This document shows positions 12,301 through 27,178 of a stretch of 64,000 bases of DNA, one piece after another. Origin of the DNA: Octopus vulgaris (lineage: Eukaryota); contig OX597814.1 of assembly GCA_951406725.2 (NCBI GenBank), positions 205,902,001-205,966,000 of the forward strand, read 5' to 3'. Position numbers and translations under genes: made by a program. A model generated the notes under the pieces. It saw only the letters and a list, made by a program, of their open reading frames with translations. It did no database searches and was not told where the DNA came from. Position 1 is the stretch's first letter. Each line of letters opens with the position of its first letter.

Positions 12301-12717
12301 GCATATGAATAGAGAGGGTGGTGGTCAAGGTTAGAATGTCTTGTATCATAGATCTACTCCCGCAACAGTGACATGTTGCTAAACCAAGAAAATAATAATT
12401 CTCTTACCTTTTGCGAGTCTCTCGATTTCAATGATATACGTACAACAAATACTGGGAAACAAAAAGTAAGCCAATTTCTTAAAAGCATCAATAATATTTC
12501 TCAACCAACAAAACAACCTTCCTCTGTGCTTTCCTGATCAAAACAGAACCCAAGTGGTGGTAGACAGACTGTATTGTCAGAACTATGCCTGAATAGGGGT
12601 AAACTATTTCCTGTGCCTGTGAAATATATAAATATATGTGTAAAATTATAAATCTATATCTGTAAATAATGCATTAACATCATTCATGCGGATAACCCAA
12701 TTATATACATGCATGCA

Positions 12718-13260
12718 CAGTAACCTGAGAAGCTTTAGTCACACCTGCACATTTAAATAGGCTTATTACTTTTAGTAAATTGGATTTTCCAAAATGTTAT
12801 TTTTAACACTAGAAAACTCAAAAAATCTTGTCTGTGTAAGCATTTCTCTTGACAGTCATGTCCAAATTCATCTTCAGATGCCAAATAAAAATGACAAAGA
12901 AGAAGCATAAGAAACGAGCTCAGATTGAAATTTGGTAAAAGAATGGAGAAATGTGTGAGTAAGACAGCAGCTGATTGGTCTGTAACTCCATCAACTGTTT
13001 CAAGAATTCAGAAAAGAATGGAAGAAGGTTCATAAAGAAGGCTTCACCTACAAAAAGTAGCCGAGAATGTTCCCTGATATCAAACTCAGCCAACCTAAAG
13101 TTAATACATCAGAAATTATGATGCTGGATTCTCTGTACACAGGAAATGTATGGGATAGTCACGGGAGGAATGTCTCTTATGAAAGACCAGCTTAATCTGA
13201 AGCTAAAGAGAATCAACAATCTTATTAAGACCTCCCATGTATCTGATGCAACTAAATCCA
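12718..13260 (+). mobile_element. Tc1-like DNA transposon relic (left TIR + HTH); duplicated at ~38936-39350
   Basis: TIR-like cagt...ctttagtcacacc, with a related inverted copy gggtgtgactaaag...actg|ta at ~9455-9484. Decayed VTPSTVSRIQKR HTH-like peptide. Confidence 0.4.
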
Positions 13261-13652
13261 TTCACTATCACCTTATCTCCTTCTAATTATTATCTCTACC
13301 GACTGATACGTTCGCAAAATATGCCAAACAGTGAAGAATCTTGTGTGTGTGAATATATGGATACAAATTACATATATAAATATATAACCTTTCAAGTTTA
13401 TATATTATATATGTTTTGTAATTTAATTTGGATGCGAAATGAAACAATTGTAGGTGAAGAGGTTAATTAATTAATTAATAAGTTTGTGTCCATTGGATTT
13501 TTCCGTTTTCAAATTTGATAATAATTTTTGATGTTTTATGATATTTTATATAATATATTCATTGAAGAAATATCTCTGCAAAATTCAGTCTATTAAACCA
13601 GTGTGTCTTGGATAAAAATATCCTTACATGAGGTCTAAATGTCCTCATAGTA

Positions 13653-15150
<1,498 letters not shown>

Positions 15151-15504
15151 AAAAAAGAGAAGCAATTATTACTATTACAATTAAAGTAATTAAAGTAATT
15201 GCGGTGTTTAAAAAGATGAAAGATTGAATTTCAAAAGGACGTTCGAGAGGCCAGAGTGTAGGGGAGATAACTGAGCAGAGACAGAGATGAGTAAAACCAT
15301 AAAAATTTGGAGGGATGTTTTGGTTCTACATGTGCAAAAAGAAACGGCACACACATATAAATATAGGCACACATTGTATATATATGTATGCGAACATACA
15401 TATATACGCAGATACACACGTTCATATTACTATACGTGTCCCTAGCAGCATATAATAAATCACACACACACACACGCACAGATAAATAGATATATATATA
15501 TAGA

Positions 15505-18500
15505 TATGTTTCTTTATTAGCCACACAGGGCTGCACACAGATAGAACAAATTACAAGGTAGAGCTTTTCTTTTGAAGGTTAAAAAAAAAAGGAGGGGGGA
15601 GTTTCGACCAAAAGGGATCGTAAAAGGAGAGAAAGAGGACAAAAAAAAGGGTGGCTTAAAAAAAAGGGGGTAGAGGAAAAAAAATGATCAATAGGGATCG
15701 TTATCACAGAAATGTCAATATGAAGTGTAAAGGGGAGGACAGGTGAGGTTTACCCGTGGAAAGAAAAGCCTACGGAAAAGTCCACGGTAACCTCGGTCAA
15801 TGAAGTCACATGTTATATTTCTTTTTTTTTTTTTTTTGCAAATAAGCAACTCTCTGTATTAATTTTTATGGTTCATAGAATCATAGTCAAGGTGGCTTCG
15901 TCATTCATACGTGCCATCCTTGCTACATTCACCCATCTTTTTTTAAAACATTCACTAGACAAAACTTGCCTCTCTACTCTCACTTTCCTCTTCAAGTGAT
16001 ACTTGAAGAAGTTGATGCGAGATTGACCAGAGAGGAAAGTGTTTGTCTCTAATCCTTTCAGGCGCGTCCACCAGATACATTCTTTTGCCATAGCCACAAG
16101 TATGATAAAAATAACTCTTCCTTCCTGTTTGAAGGAAGGAGGCGTGACGATATTAACGATAGACTCGGCTGATAAACCGACACGTCCCACACGTGACAGC
16201 AGTCGTTCGACATAAGCCCACAGGTCGGAAATTGCTGGACACCGTACGATTGCGTGCAGAGCGGTTTCGTCGCTCTGACCGCATCTCGGGCAGGTCGGCC
16301 CCGTGTTTCTCGAGCCATGCCTATAGAGCTTATCGCGAACGGGTAGCGCTTCTGGGTAGCACCGCCAGGCCAGGGATCTCTGGAAGTTGTCCATAGGTCC
16401 CGGGCCGAAAGTCGTTTGAAACAGGCGGGTCAGGTATTCCTCGTCGACGCCCAGGTTTGCCCCGAGATCGTCGTCGTACCTCCCCTCCACTAATCCCCTA
16501 TAGAATGCTTTGGTTGTGTTGAAGTCACTCAAGGTCGACCCGGGACGGCAGAGTTGCTTGAGAGCAACGCGACACTCGCGGTGCCATTCGCCCTTCCTCG
16601 GCCTCTTTTTGATCCACGACTGCAGTTCGGTCATGGAGACGAGTTGCGGGAATGCGTGCCTCACAAACGGCGACCACACCTGTTCACCGTCGTCTACATA
16701 GAGCCGGAGATGTCGCCTGTCTGCGCATCATCAACCACGGCATGCCCAGCCCTCCTTTTAACGGGTGTTGACTGCAAATGGATCGCCTGACCACCGGGAC
16801 GCATCCTTTCCACAAGAAGCGGAAGAGAATGCGTTCTAGTTTGGTGATGGTGGGGTCGGGACAAGGTACGACGGTCAGGCGGTAGTAGATGATGGACGCG
16901 ATGTACGTGTTCGCCGCCTCCGCCCGACCTTTTAGGGACAGTTTCCTCTCGGCCCATTGCTGGGCGAGAGTGACCACCCTACACGTTATCTCGTTCCAGT
17001 TCTTCTCCATTTGGAAGTCCGGACCGAACCAGACCCCGAGCAACTCAACCGGGCCGTCTGTCCAGCGTCCCACGACGGAGGTACTGGTGGACGGCATGGG
17101 CTTGCTTCTCCAGGTGCCGAGCCGCAAGCCCACTGACTTTTCCCGGTTGACTTTTGCTCCTGTCACCGCTTCGTAGTCTTTCAGTGTCTCGCCGACCAGC
17201 TCGGTGTGCGCGTGGCTTGACACTATGACGGTGACGTCGTCCGCGTATGCAGACACGCTCGTCCCGCATCCCAATTCTCGCGGGATGCCCCTCAGAGTCG
17301 CCAGCTTCCGCAGTAGTGGCTCAAGAGTCAATACGTATAGAAGCGCCGAGAGGGGGCATCCCTGACGGACCGAACATGCAATGTCGAAAGGTCTCGATAG
17401 ATGTCCATTTACGCGAATTACCGAACGGATGCCTCTGTACAAAGCGGCTATCCAGCCGCGGAAGACGGGACCGAAACCAGCCGCTCTCAGGACTGCCTCC
17501 AAGTATCGATGGTCTACCCTATCGAAGGCTTTCGATTGATCCAAGTTGATCAGGGCCCCACCCATGCCAGGTTCGTTAACTACCCTGTCTATGATGTAGC
17601 GCATCAGATGGAGGTTGTCATGGATGGTCCGGCCCCGCACGGCGCACGTTTGTGCGTTGTCGACCAGTTTTTCGATGACAAGCGCCAACCTCTTGGCTAA
17701 CACTTTTGTCAAAATTTTCAGGTCTGCATTGAGCAGAGTGATTGGTCTAAAGTTATCTATAATGTTCCCCTTGTTTGGATTTTTCTTCAGCAGTGTTACA
17801 GCTCCTCGACTCACAAAACCGGGTATGCTCCCGTTTTGCTGCCAGTTGCAGTATACCGCTGCCAAGACGTCTCCAAACAAGTCTGGCATACAATTGGAAA
17901 ACTCTTAGGGCAGACCATCCAAACCCGGCGATTTGTCTCTCGAGCATTCTGCCATCGCGTCCCGCACTTCCACCGCAGTGATGGCACCTTCGCAGCACTC
18001 TGCCTCTCTTGCCGAGAGTCGTGGTAGGCTGTGCAAGTAGGCACTGAAGTCCACCCTGCGTTCACGCTCACCACTCGTCCCGTACAGTCGGGCAAAGTGC
18101 CGCTGAAATGTCTCGCACATCTTGCTGGGCTCGAGCAATTCGCGCCCTTGTTCATCTACCAGAGACCGAATGGTGGCTTTGTTGCCCTTGCTGCGCCTCC
18201 GCCACCCGGGCCTCCCTCGCGGCTCCAACACCTTCCATCCTTAGAGCACGCATCCTAGCCCTGACAGCACACCCTTCGTGTTTGACGTTGAAGTGTTGGT
18301 CAAGAGCCAACCTTGATGCCAAAACGTCGGGTGTGATGCCGCTTCTTATTGCCTCTTCTAACTTCTTAACTAACTCACCCTCTACTCTATTTCTATCTAC
18401 GGCTAGTACCTTGCTATATCTTATTGCTTCCGCTTTTACTGCTCTCTTGAGGGCGAACCACCATTTGTTGTTGACAATGGCTCTCGTTAAAGCCCTTTTT

Positions 18501-20575
18501 ACTAACGTGTTGATCCTGTCTCTGAAAACTTGTCTGGACGGGAATGATGCGTTCAGTTTCCAGTAACCAGGACCCTGTTTATGTGCCTTATCTAAGTCTA
18601 GCGTACACGTCACGAATTTGTGATCCATGTAGCTGACTGTGTGGAATTGTGGACATCCTAAGTTATCCTTGTCTACTGTCCTACGCAGTATCCTATCTAG
18701 ATACGATCTCGACGACCCACTGCGGTTGCTCGATGTCCACGTTGGTGCATTTGGGTGGTCGAGTCGGAACCTGTCAGACAGTTGGAAGCGTCTGAGCAGG
18801 TCTCTGTGGCATTTGCATCCCCTTCTGTTTTTGTCTTTCCCCACATAGTCTAGATGTGTGTCCAAGGTAGCATTCCAATCCCCCACTAAAAGTAAAGGAC
18901 GAGACGTTCCCAGGAATACTTCTAGACGTCGAAAGAAATCCGGCCGACCTGTTAAAGGCGGTGCGTAGACTGATACGAGTCGAAAAGCGCACCCATTGCT
19001 GCCGTCGACATCCAGAACGACCAGTCTACCCTCCGGGTCTACGAATATCGTCTTGACTTCGAGATCCAGGCTCTTGTGAAAAAGTACCGCGGTGCCACTA
19101 CCGCCCATCCTCGGCAGACAGGGAGCAAAATAAATGTTAAACTGTCCGCCAAACATGGACTTTAGGGCCCGTGGCTCGTGGAGTCTGGTCTCACTTATGG
19201 CAATGATTCCCAAATCGTGTGACTTGATGTCATTTAGGAGGTATCCTTGTTTCCAAGGAGACCCCAAGCCACGCGCATTCACACAACCAATCTTGACCAT
19301 GATTCTATTGGGGTGTGTGCTTTAAAACACAAAAAGGAAAGTACAGAGAGTTACTTACTTGTGTCGAAAGTTTTGGCTTCCTCGTTCTTTGATGTGTCTT
19401 GGAGGAGGTTTTTATAGAGTTTTTGAGAGATATAATTTTGGAAACCCCCAACAGCATTTGGAAAGAGGGCTTTGAGATTGTGGTGTTGTGTTTGTGTGAT
19501 GTGTAGTATATGGATGTGTTTGGGTGGTGTAGTGCGTGGATGATTGTTAGTTTTGAAGTCATCTTCACAGATGTTTGTGTGGGCTGTGATGTACTCCATT
19601 AGTTTGGAGTCTTTGGTGTCTATCGCTGATAGCATTGTGTGTGTTTTTGTGGTGTTGGTGCTTGTTTGGTTGTGTATGGAGTTTTCAGGGTTCAGGTATC
19701 TCCTTGCTTTGGTTGCGTTTTCTTGTTTGGTCTTTTTTTATCTTTTTCTTTTTCCCCCGGTGGCTATTTGCCATTCTGTCGAACTTTCATCATTAGATGA
19801 AAAGTCTGACGAATCAGCAGGGGTAAGGGTAAAGCGTCTGGGTCTGTTTGTGCGGTTGTAGATATTGTTGTGGTGTGCGGGGAGGGTGTTGCTGGGGGGT
19901 TCGGTGTGGTGATTGTCTCTCCTACATCCTTGGTGCCTGTCTTCTTCGTTGTTATTCTCGGTGTTGGATTTGGTTTAGTTGTTGTTGGTGGTGATGATTC
20001 TGTTCTTGGCGCTGGTGGTGGTGTTGTTTGGTTGGGTTGGCCTGTTCTTTGCTGTTTTACATGCATTTCTGCATACAGCTTCTTGATTAGCCGTCCATAT
20101 TGTGGTGTGGGCAATAATGCTGGCTTTTGTGGTTTTTCCTGTGGCTGTTGTTGTTGTTGAGATTTAGCGGCAGATTTGCACTCCCTTTTGAGGTGTGCCT
20201 CACTTCCACATGTATAGCAGCGTGGCCTTCTGCTCTTGACTACTACGTACAACTTGCGGCCATCCGCAAGATGTACGTGGGTGGGAATTTTGTTAATGTC
20301 GTCTTGGCTTATGTGGAAGAGAAACTCCATCCTCTTTCCCAGCCAGTCCTTGTGTTTCGAAACAGCGATATCCAGGATATTTAAGTCCTCTATTTCGGAT
20401 GTTATGGCGGATGTTATCCATAGTGTGGTTGGTACTTGGGGGACATTATTGATAATGACCTTCGTCACCTTCTGGCCAAGGTAACTGGGTGTCATCGTTA
20501 GTTCATCGGAATGAAGGATTAGCGTTGAGAATTGCTTTGCCAACTCTTCATTCTGAAAAACCACCAGTACGTTTT
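15505..20575 (-). mobile_element. Tx1/L1-clade LINE, 5'-truncated in ORF1, frameshifted ORF2
   Basis: ORF1 with CCHC knuckle CYTCGSEAHLKREC (19764..20627). APE endonuclease (18152..19300: NARGL, SET, GDWNA, YLDRI, DHK). RT (16684..17889: RPITLLN, KAFDRV, QGCPLS, YADD). C-terminal CPRC..ETALHAIVRC (15873..16679). AATAAA on the minus strand at 15513-15518. Confidence 0.9.
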
Positions 20576-23500
20576 TTTGCCAGTTGCAGTAGACAAGAGG
20601 TCGCCAAACAAGTCTGGCATTTGACAATACAGCTCGTAGGGTAAACCATCCAATCCAGGCGACTTATCCCTCGCGCAGCCCGCCATCGCATCCCGCACGT
20701 CATCGGCTGTGATGGGACTTTCACAACATTTCGCTTCTGTTGCCGAGAGCCGCGGCAGGTCGGTCAGGTAGTCACTGAAATCCATCCCGCGTTCCGACCC
20801 ACCACTCGCACCAAACAGTCGAGCAAAGTGCTGTTGAAAGGCCTCACACATTCTTTCGGGTTCGAGTAAACTGCATCCCTGTTGATCTATTAGAGACCGA
20901 ATGGTGGCTCTGTTGCCACGCTGCGCCTCCGCTACCCGGGCCTCTCGCGCAGCTTCGATCCCTTCGTTCCTTAAGGCACGCATTTTAGCTCTGACGACGC
21001 AACCTTCGTGCTTGGCGTTGAGGTGTTGGTCGAGGGCCATCCTCGCAGCCAGCATGTTGGTTGCGCCGCCAGTGGTAAGTGCCTCTTCTAGTTTCTTAAC
21101 TAGATCTCCCTCTACTCTATTTCGATCTATCGCTAATTCTTTGCTAAACCTAATTGATTCCGATTTTATTGCCATTTTCAGGGCGTACCACCAGCGATTG
21201 TTAACGACGGCTCCCGTCAGCGCCCTCTTAATTAACTCGCTAATCCGGTTCCTGTAAACCTGTCGCGCTAAGGGCGACGTGTTTAGTTTCCAGTAACCGG
21301 GACTCTGTCTATGTGTTTTATTTAAGTCGAGCGTACACGTCACAAATTTGTGATCTGTGTAGCTGACTATTTTAAATTGTGGACATCCTACACTATCCCT
21401 ATCCGCTGTCCTGCATAGAATTCTATCTAGATAAGATCTCGACGATCCGACGCGGTTTGTCCAAGTCCACGTTGGCACGTTCGGATGGTCGAGTCGGAAC
21501 CTGTCAGACAAATGGAAACGTCTGAGTAGGTCTTTGAGGCACTTACACCTCCTTCTATTCCTATCCATTCCCACATATTCTAGATGCGTGTCCAAGGTAG
21601 CGTTCCAATCCCCTACTAACAGTAAAGGTCTAGACGTACCCAGTAAAACCTCTAGACGCCTGAAGAAATCCGCCCGACCCGTTAAGGACGGTGCATAAAC
21701 TGCCATCAGACGGAATGCACACCCATTTCTGCCATCCACGTCCAAGAGAACCAGCCTACCCTCCGAGTCTAGGAATATTGCTCTTACTTTTACATTTAGA
21801 CTCTTTCGAAAAAGCACCGCGGTACCTCTACCACCCATGTTCGGCAGACAGGGAGAAAAATAAATGTCAAAAAGGGCCCGCGGCTTGCTGAGTCTGGTTT
21901 CACTGATAGCTACTATATCCACGTTCAGTGACTTGATGTCGTTTAGAAGGTAACCTTGCTTCCAAGCCGACGCCAAGCCACGCGCATTCACACAACCTAA
22001 TTTAAGCATAATTGACGTTTACGAAAATTGTGTTTCACACACAAACATTGGAAGAGAAAGAGGCAAGAGGGAAGGTCACTTACTCATTTCGAAAGTTTCA
22101 TTTTTTTCTTCTTCTTTTGTAGTGTCTTTGATGAGGTGTTTGTATAGTTTTTTTGGAGAGGTATCGTTGAAACCCGCCTACCGCATTTGGAAATATTGTT
22201 TTCAGTGTATGGTGTTGTGTTTGCGTTATGTGTACAATTTTTATGTGCTTCGGTGGTGTGGTGCGCGGATGATTGTTTGTCTTAAAGTCATCTTCACAGA
22301 TGTCCGTGTTGGATACAATGTAATCCATTAATATTTTATTGTCTGTGTCTATTGTAGTTAGTTGTGTGTGTGGTTTTGCGGGTTCATTGATTTTTTGATT
22401 GTCTAGGGGGATACTGTCCGGAGTTAAATATCTCCCTGCTTTACTTCCTTGTTTGGTGGGTTTTTTTGATCTTTTCCTTTTACCCCCTGTGGCTATTTGC
22501 CATTCCGTCGAACTTTCGTCGTCCGACGTATCAGAAGGGGGTAAAAGCAATGCATTTGTGTTAATATGTATGCTTGTAGAAATTGTTGATGTTTTGTGTG
22601 GTGTTTGTGTTGTTATGGTGTTAGGGGTAGAATTTGTCTTCTCGTCACTGTTTTCTGTCGTTTTAGTTGTCGTCCTGGGTGTTGGTGTGGGTCTATCTTT
22701 TGGTTCAGCATGATGAATTGGTTGCGTCGTCAACGGCGATTTTGTTGGTACTGTTTCTTTTCTTGGTGATGTTGTTGGGGTTTGTTTGCTGGTTTGTGTT
22801 TTTCTTCTTGGCATTGTTCCACAATTGAGTGTGTTGGTGTTGGTGTTGGCAACAAGGGTTTTTTATTTGTTTTCTGGTTTGTTCTTTCTTGTTTTTTCTG
22901 TGCCAGAGCGCACTTGGCAATTAAATGCTCTGGGCTGCCACAGTTGTAGCATCTAGGCTTTTTGCCTTCTGCCACAACATATAGGCTTTGCCCATTTTCT
23001 AGGTGGATCCTATCGGGTAGGTTTTCGATAGAAGCCCCCTCAATCTGGATGATCACTACTATTGTTTTTCCACCCCAATTGTCGTTTAGGTATACGGCGG
23101 TTTCTAAAATATTGATCTTTTTCAAATGGTTACAGATTGCCCTTGTTATCCATTTGTTCGGGATCTCGGGGGGTACATTTTTAATAGTAATTCTACTCAC
23201 TCTCTGGCCTTTGCAATAAGGTACCATTTTGATATCATCATTTTCCAAAGACTCGGTAGAGTGAGCTTTTGCCACTTCCTGGTTAGGGAAGCGGACCACT
23301 ACTGTGTTAAACTGGGGACCCCAGTTTATATATTCTTTTTTTTTTCATTATGTTTTTTAAACATTTTTTTATATCTGTTTTTGTAATCTGTTCATTTCGT
23401 TTTTTGTTTTATCTTATAATTTTATATATAATGGTCTTATTTTCTATTTGTTCCTTTATGTGTTGAGGTGTATGCAGCACTAAATATTGCCCACGTGTTG

Positions 23501-24139
23501 TAAAGAGAGCTCTCGTTTCTATTAGCTCTTCATTTGTAAGTGTTACTATTTCTTTCTTCTGACCCAGAGTGTCAGCGAAATTTACTGGTGTTGTTGATTT
23601 TTTTTATATTAACATCTTCACTATTAGATAGTTCATTTTTATTGTTGCTGTTGTTGCTTTTCTTAATAGTATTCGCGTGAGTTTCATCTTTATCATTTAT
23701 GTTGGTCGTGGTGGTAGTGGTGGTGGTGGTAGAGTAGTAGTCTCGTTGTTGTTGTTGTTAGTGGTGGTGGTGGTGGTGACAGGGCTGTTACCGCAAGTGG
23801 TTGAAGCGTTCACTACCACGTCATTCAGGTTTGCACTTTGCGTGCATAAGTTCCTTTTTTTCTTCTCCTAGCGTTCCCAGACTAGGAAAATGCTGGTCTA
23901 TAAAGGAACGCGACCAGCGTTCTACAATAAAATTTCTCCACATTTTTAATGTCGAGAAGAAAATTACACAAATTAAATAGGGTTGAAACTGCCCCTAGGG
24001 GCAAATTCCTCCCTTGGAAAAGCACTCAAACGCAAGTTGGGTGCCTTACACACCTTATTTACAAAAATGTACACAAAATATGGGCTATAAATAGTCAAAA
24101 TAAACGATTACCTTCGGAGCCGAAGTGACAGCACGTCCG

Positions 24140-24140
<1 letters not shown>
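20576..24140 (-). mobile_element. Second, related Tx1/L1-clade LINE: 5'UTR, ORF1 and endonuclease, broken before the RT
   Basis: ORF1 22730..23299 (CYNCGSPEHLIAKC) and 22098..22814. APE ORF 20519..22009 is homologous to 18152..19300, and the homology stops at ~20578. Confidence 0.85.

Positions 24141-24224
<84 letters not shown>
24141..24224. repeat. (GATA)n microsatellite abutting the Tx1 5' end
   Basis: Direct reading. Confidence 0.95.
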
Positions 24225-24672
24225 GTATCAGTTTACACACGTCGGTCCATGTAAGATCAATAGATATATACGTACATATATATACATATATAGCAGCACA
24301 CTCAGTCGTTCTTGTTCCGTGGATGAGGAAACACCTTTCAGGCTGCAGAGAGCAACTGATTCCTTCCGGTCCCTTCAGCCTCGTGTCTGGTCCCTCGTGT
24401 ACTGACATCGCTCCTTTACTCATGTGAGACATGGGCCCTTTACAAACATCATGTAAAAGTCCTTGGACGCTTCCATCAGAGATGTGTTGGCTGGACCTTA
24501 AAGACTGCAGACACCCAGGTCTTGAGAGAAGCTGATATCTTGAGTATTGAGGCGATGGAGCAGAGGCCCCGGTTTTTGTACCTTTTTCGGTTTCTCTGTT
24601 CGTTCATGCTACCATCATAATGGTGGCGGCGCTGGATGTTTTGGCCGTTGTTCATGTTGTTGCGGCTGCTAC

Positions 24673-24832
24673 GTATGTATGTATGTATGTATGTATGTAT
24701 GTATGTATGTATGTATGTATGTATGTATGTATGTATGTATGGATGGATGGATGGATGGATGGATGGATGGATGTATGTATGTATGTATGTATGTATGTAT
24801 GTATGTATGCATGCATGCATGCATGCATGCAT
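24673..24832. repeat. Compound (TATG)n(GATG)n(TATG)n(CATG)n
   Basis: Direct reading. Confidence 0.95.
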
Positions 24833-25971
24833 AGCCACCTCATACTGCTTCACACCTTCCAGCTTTTCCTCCCTCTATGATCCCCTTACATTATTTCAGC
24901 CATTGCTTCTTCCTAACTCCCAGTATTAACAGAATCGTAAAAGCCTCTTCATGAATGGCCTTGCGACATTTCTCGCAGCTATTTACATTTCGAGTTGAAA
25001 TCCAACGGAGACCAACTTTGCTTTTCCTCTTTTGGGAATACCGTGTCGTACTAAGGTCGATGGAATCATCTCACCGCCTCACTTCAAAATTGCTGGCCTT
25101 ATTCCTAAATTAGAAATCATTAATACTAGTTGTTTATCTTACTTTAGTTATCCGAAACCTCCGCATCATTGACAATTCGTCGTCAAAGGAATAGCAATTC
25201 AGGGGGGAAAACTGGGACATACTGTCAACGAGTTATTCCCCTTGAAAACTATAACTGCCCACGACTATCAAATTTTTTGCCTAGTTGTTTATTTTGTTGG
25301 TTTCTTTTTCCAGAATAGCAATTGTATTCGTTTGAACCCTGAAATTCACATGAAGGAATCGACTTACATCAACTGAAAGTGAATGATATGCGGCGGTAGA
25401 TTTGTGCAACTTCTGTGAATGTTCCTGGATGTCAATGATGGAAGGCTGTGAGTTACGAAAGAAAGATGATGCGGTATTCGAAGAGATTTTGGATTGATGA
25501 TAAATGTCTGTTGCCTTGGTTTTGTTAAAATTAAACTCGGTCTACCTTATTCTCTATATGGACATTGTAGTTATAGATTAATCATCATTCCTACTTGTCG
25601 TTACGTTACTTAGCCCGTCGGTAACGTTTTCACGTGATCAGAGAAAGTCCACACAAATAAAAGCGTGATGTTTTTAGAAAGAAGGAAAAAAAATGGATGT
25701 TTACAGAGGCAATTGTGGGTATTAAAGTTTTTAAAGCTGATCGATTGTGTGTTTGAAAACTGTAGATAGGTAAATTTGTAAATTTCTTAACTTATTTTGA
25801 AGAGAATTTTAAATACTCACAAGATATTGTAGATATTCCAGTCTTTGAGAGTTATTTTTCCCCGTTGCTAAACTGGGTCATATTAGTGTTTCTATGGCTT
25901 GTCAGAGCAGCGAGGAACATGTACAGCCGCTGTGAAGGCTGGCGCTCCTCTAATCTTTTATTATTATTATT

Positions 25972-27098
25972 GTTTCTTTTTATTTCTTCTTCTTTCAAAT
26001 TTGCTTCCATTTCTTGCCGAGCGTCTTCCCGACTCCTAGGGCAAAGAAACTCATAGTATACATTGGTAGGCCATTAAACCAAACTCAATAGTTCGTTCAT
26101 TTTTTTTTAAGGTTAAATTAAAATACATCGGCAGTAACAGCTCTCACAGCGACAATGCTCTACTCAGTACGTGTGATGTACCAGTTAAGACAATCTTTTG
26201 CACTTCTTGCAGGGATGGTAAGCCAGGGATCATTCTCATATAATTTTCGGTTCCCTTCTTGATCATTCCTAGTGCTCCTACGATCACTGGTATTGTAACC
26301 GCCTTGAGATGCCAAATTTTCTCAATTTCAATGAGCAGGTCTTTATATTTTCTGAGCTTGTCAAACACTTTCGCCGAGATATTATGATCACAGGGGATGC
26401 TCATGTCGATCAATAAGCAAACTTTATTGTTTTTGTCTGGTTTATTGACTTTGATGGTTCGGTCTGTATGTACTGGAAAGTCCCACAGAATCGTTACATT
26501 TTCTCCTTCAGTTACAGCTTCAGGGTGGTGATTATACCACTTGTTGGCAGTTTTGATATTGTAATGCCGACTTATTAGCCAGTGTAGATATTGGCCAACT
26601 CTGTCATGTCTTAATTTATACTCCACTGGTGCTAAGACTTTACATCCAGAGATTAGGTGGTCCACTGTTTCAATCATGTCATTGCAGAATCGGCATTTTG
26701 GGTCTGCTCCATTTTTGATTACATTGGCCTGGTAGTTCCGGGTTAATAGGCTTTGATCTTGAGCAGCCAGGATGAAACCTTCGCTCTCTGCTTTTAGCCC
26801 TGAGCTCCGCAGCCACTGATGGGTTTGCTTCTGGTCAACATCAGCTTGTGTGCTGCGGGTCACATATTTGCCGTGCAGAGGTTTCTCCTCCCACCTATCA
26901 GCCAATTGCTCGTGCGCTTTTTTCGTTGCCATCATTTTCACTTTCTTTGCAATAATAGTTGCCGTACTTCTCTCGGGTTGTTCAGTTTGGGTAATCCTGC
27001 ACGAGATCAATAGCAAATTTTTTGCTTTCCTTTATGATAGAATGAAGCTTCTTTCGTCTCTCGTGATTTTCCACGAGCTTTAGCATCCAGTCATTCGT
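25972..27098 (-). mobile_element. 5'-truncated R4/Dong-like LINE (same family as 41200-45170)
   Basis: ORF 26144..27016 (CRFC..ETVDHLISGC, RHD, PD..IDMSIP restriction-like endonuclease) is near-identical to 41374..42340; flanked by (TTA)n. Confidence 0.88.
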
Positions 27099-27109
27099 TA
27101 TTATTATTA

Positions 27110-27177
<68 letters not shown>

Positions 27178-27178
<1 letters not shown>

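Noticed and set aside
25285-25385. Plus-strand acceptor-like tttctttttccAG and a possible small exon
   Set aside because: No ORF, partner exon or homology supports it, and it is on the wrong strand to be a leader for the gene family.
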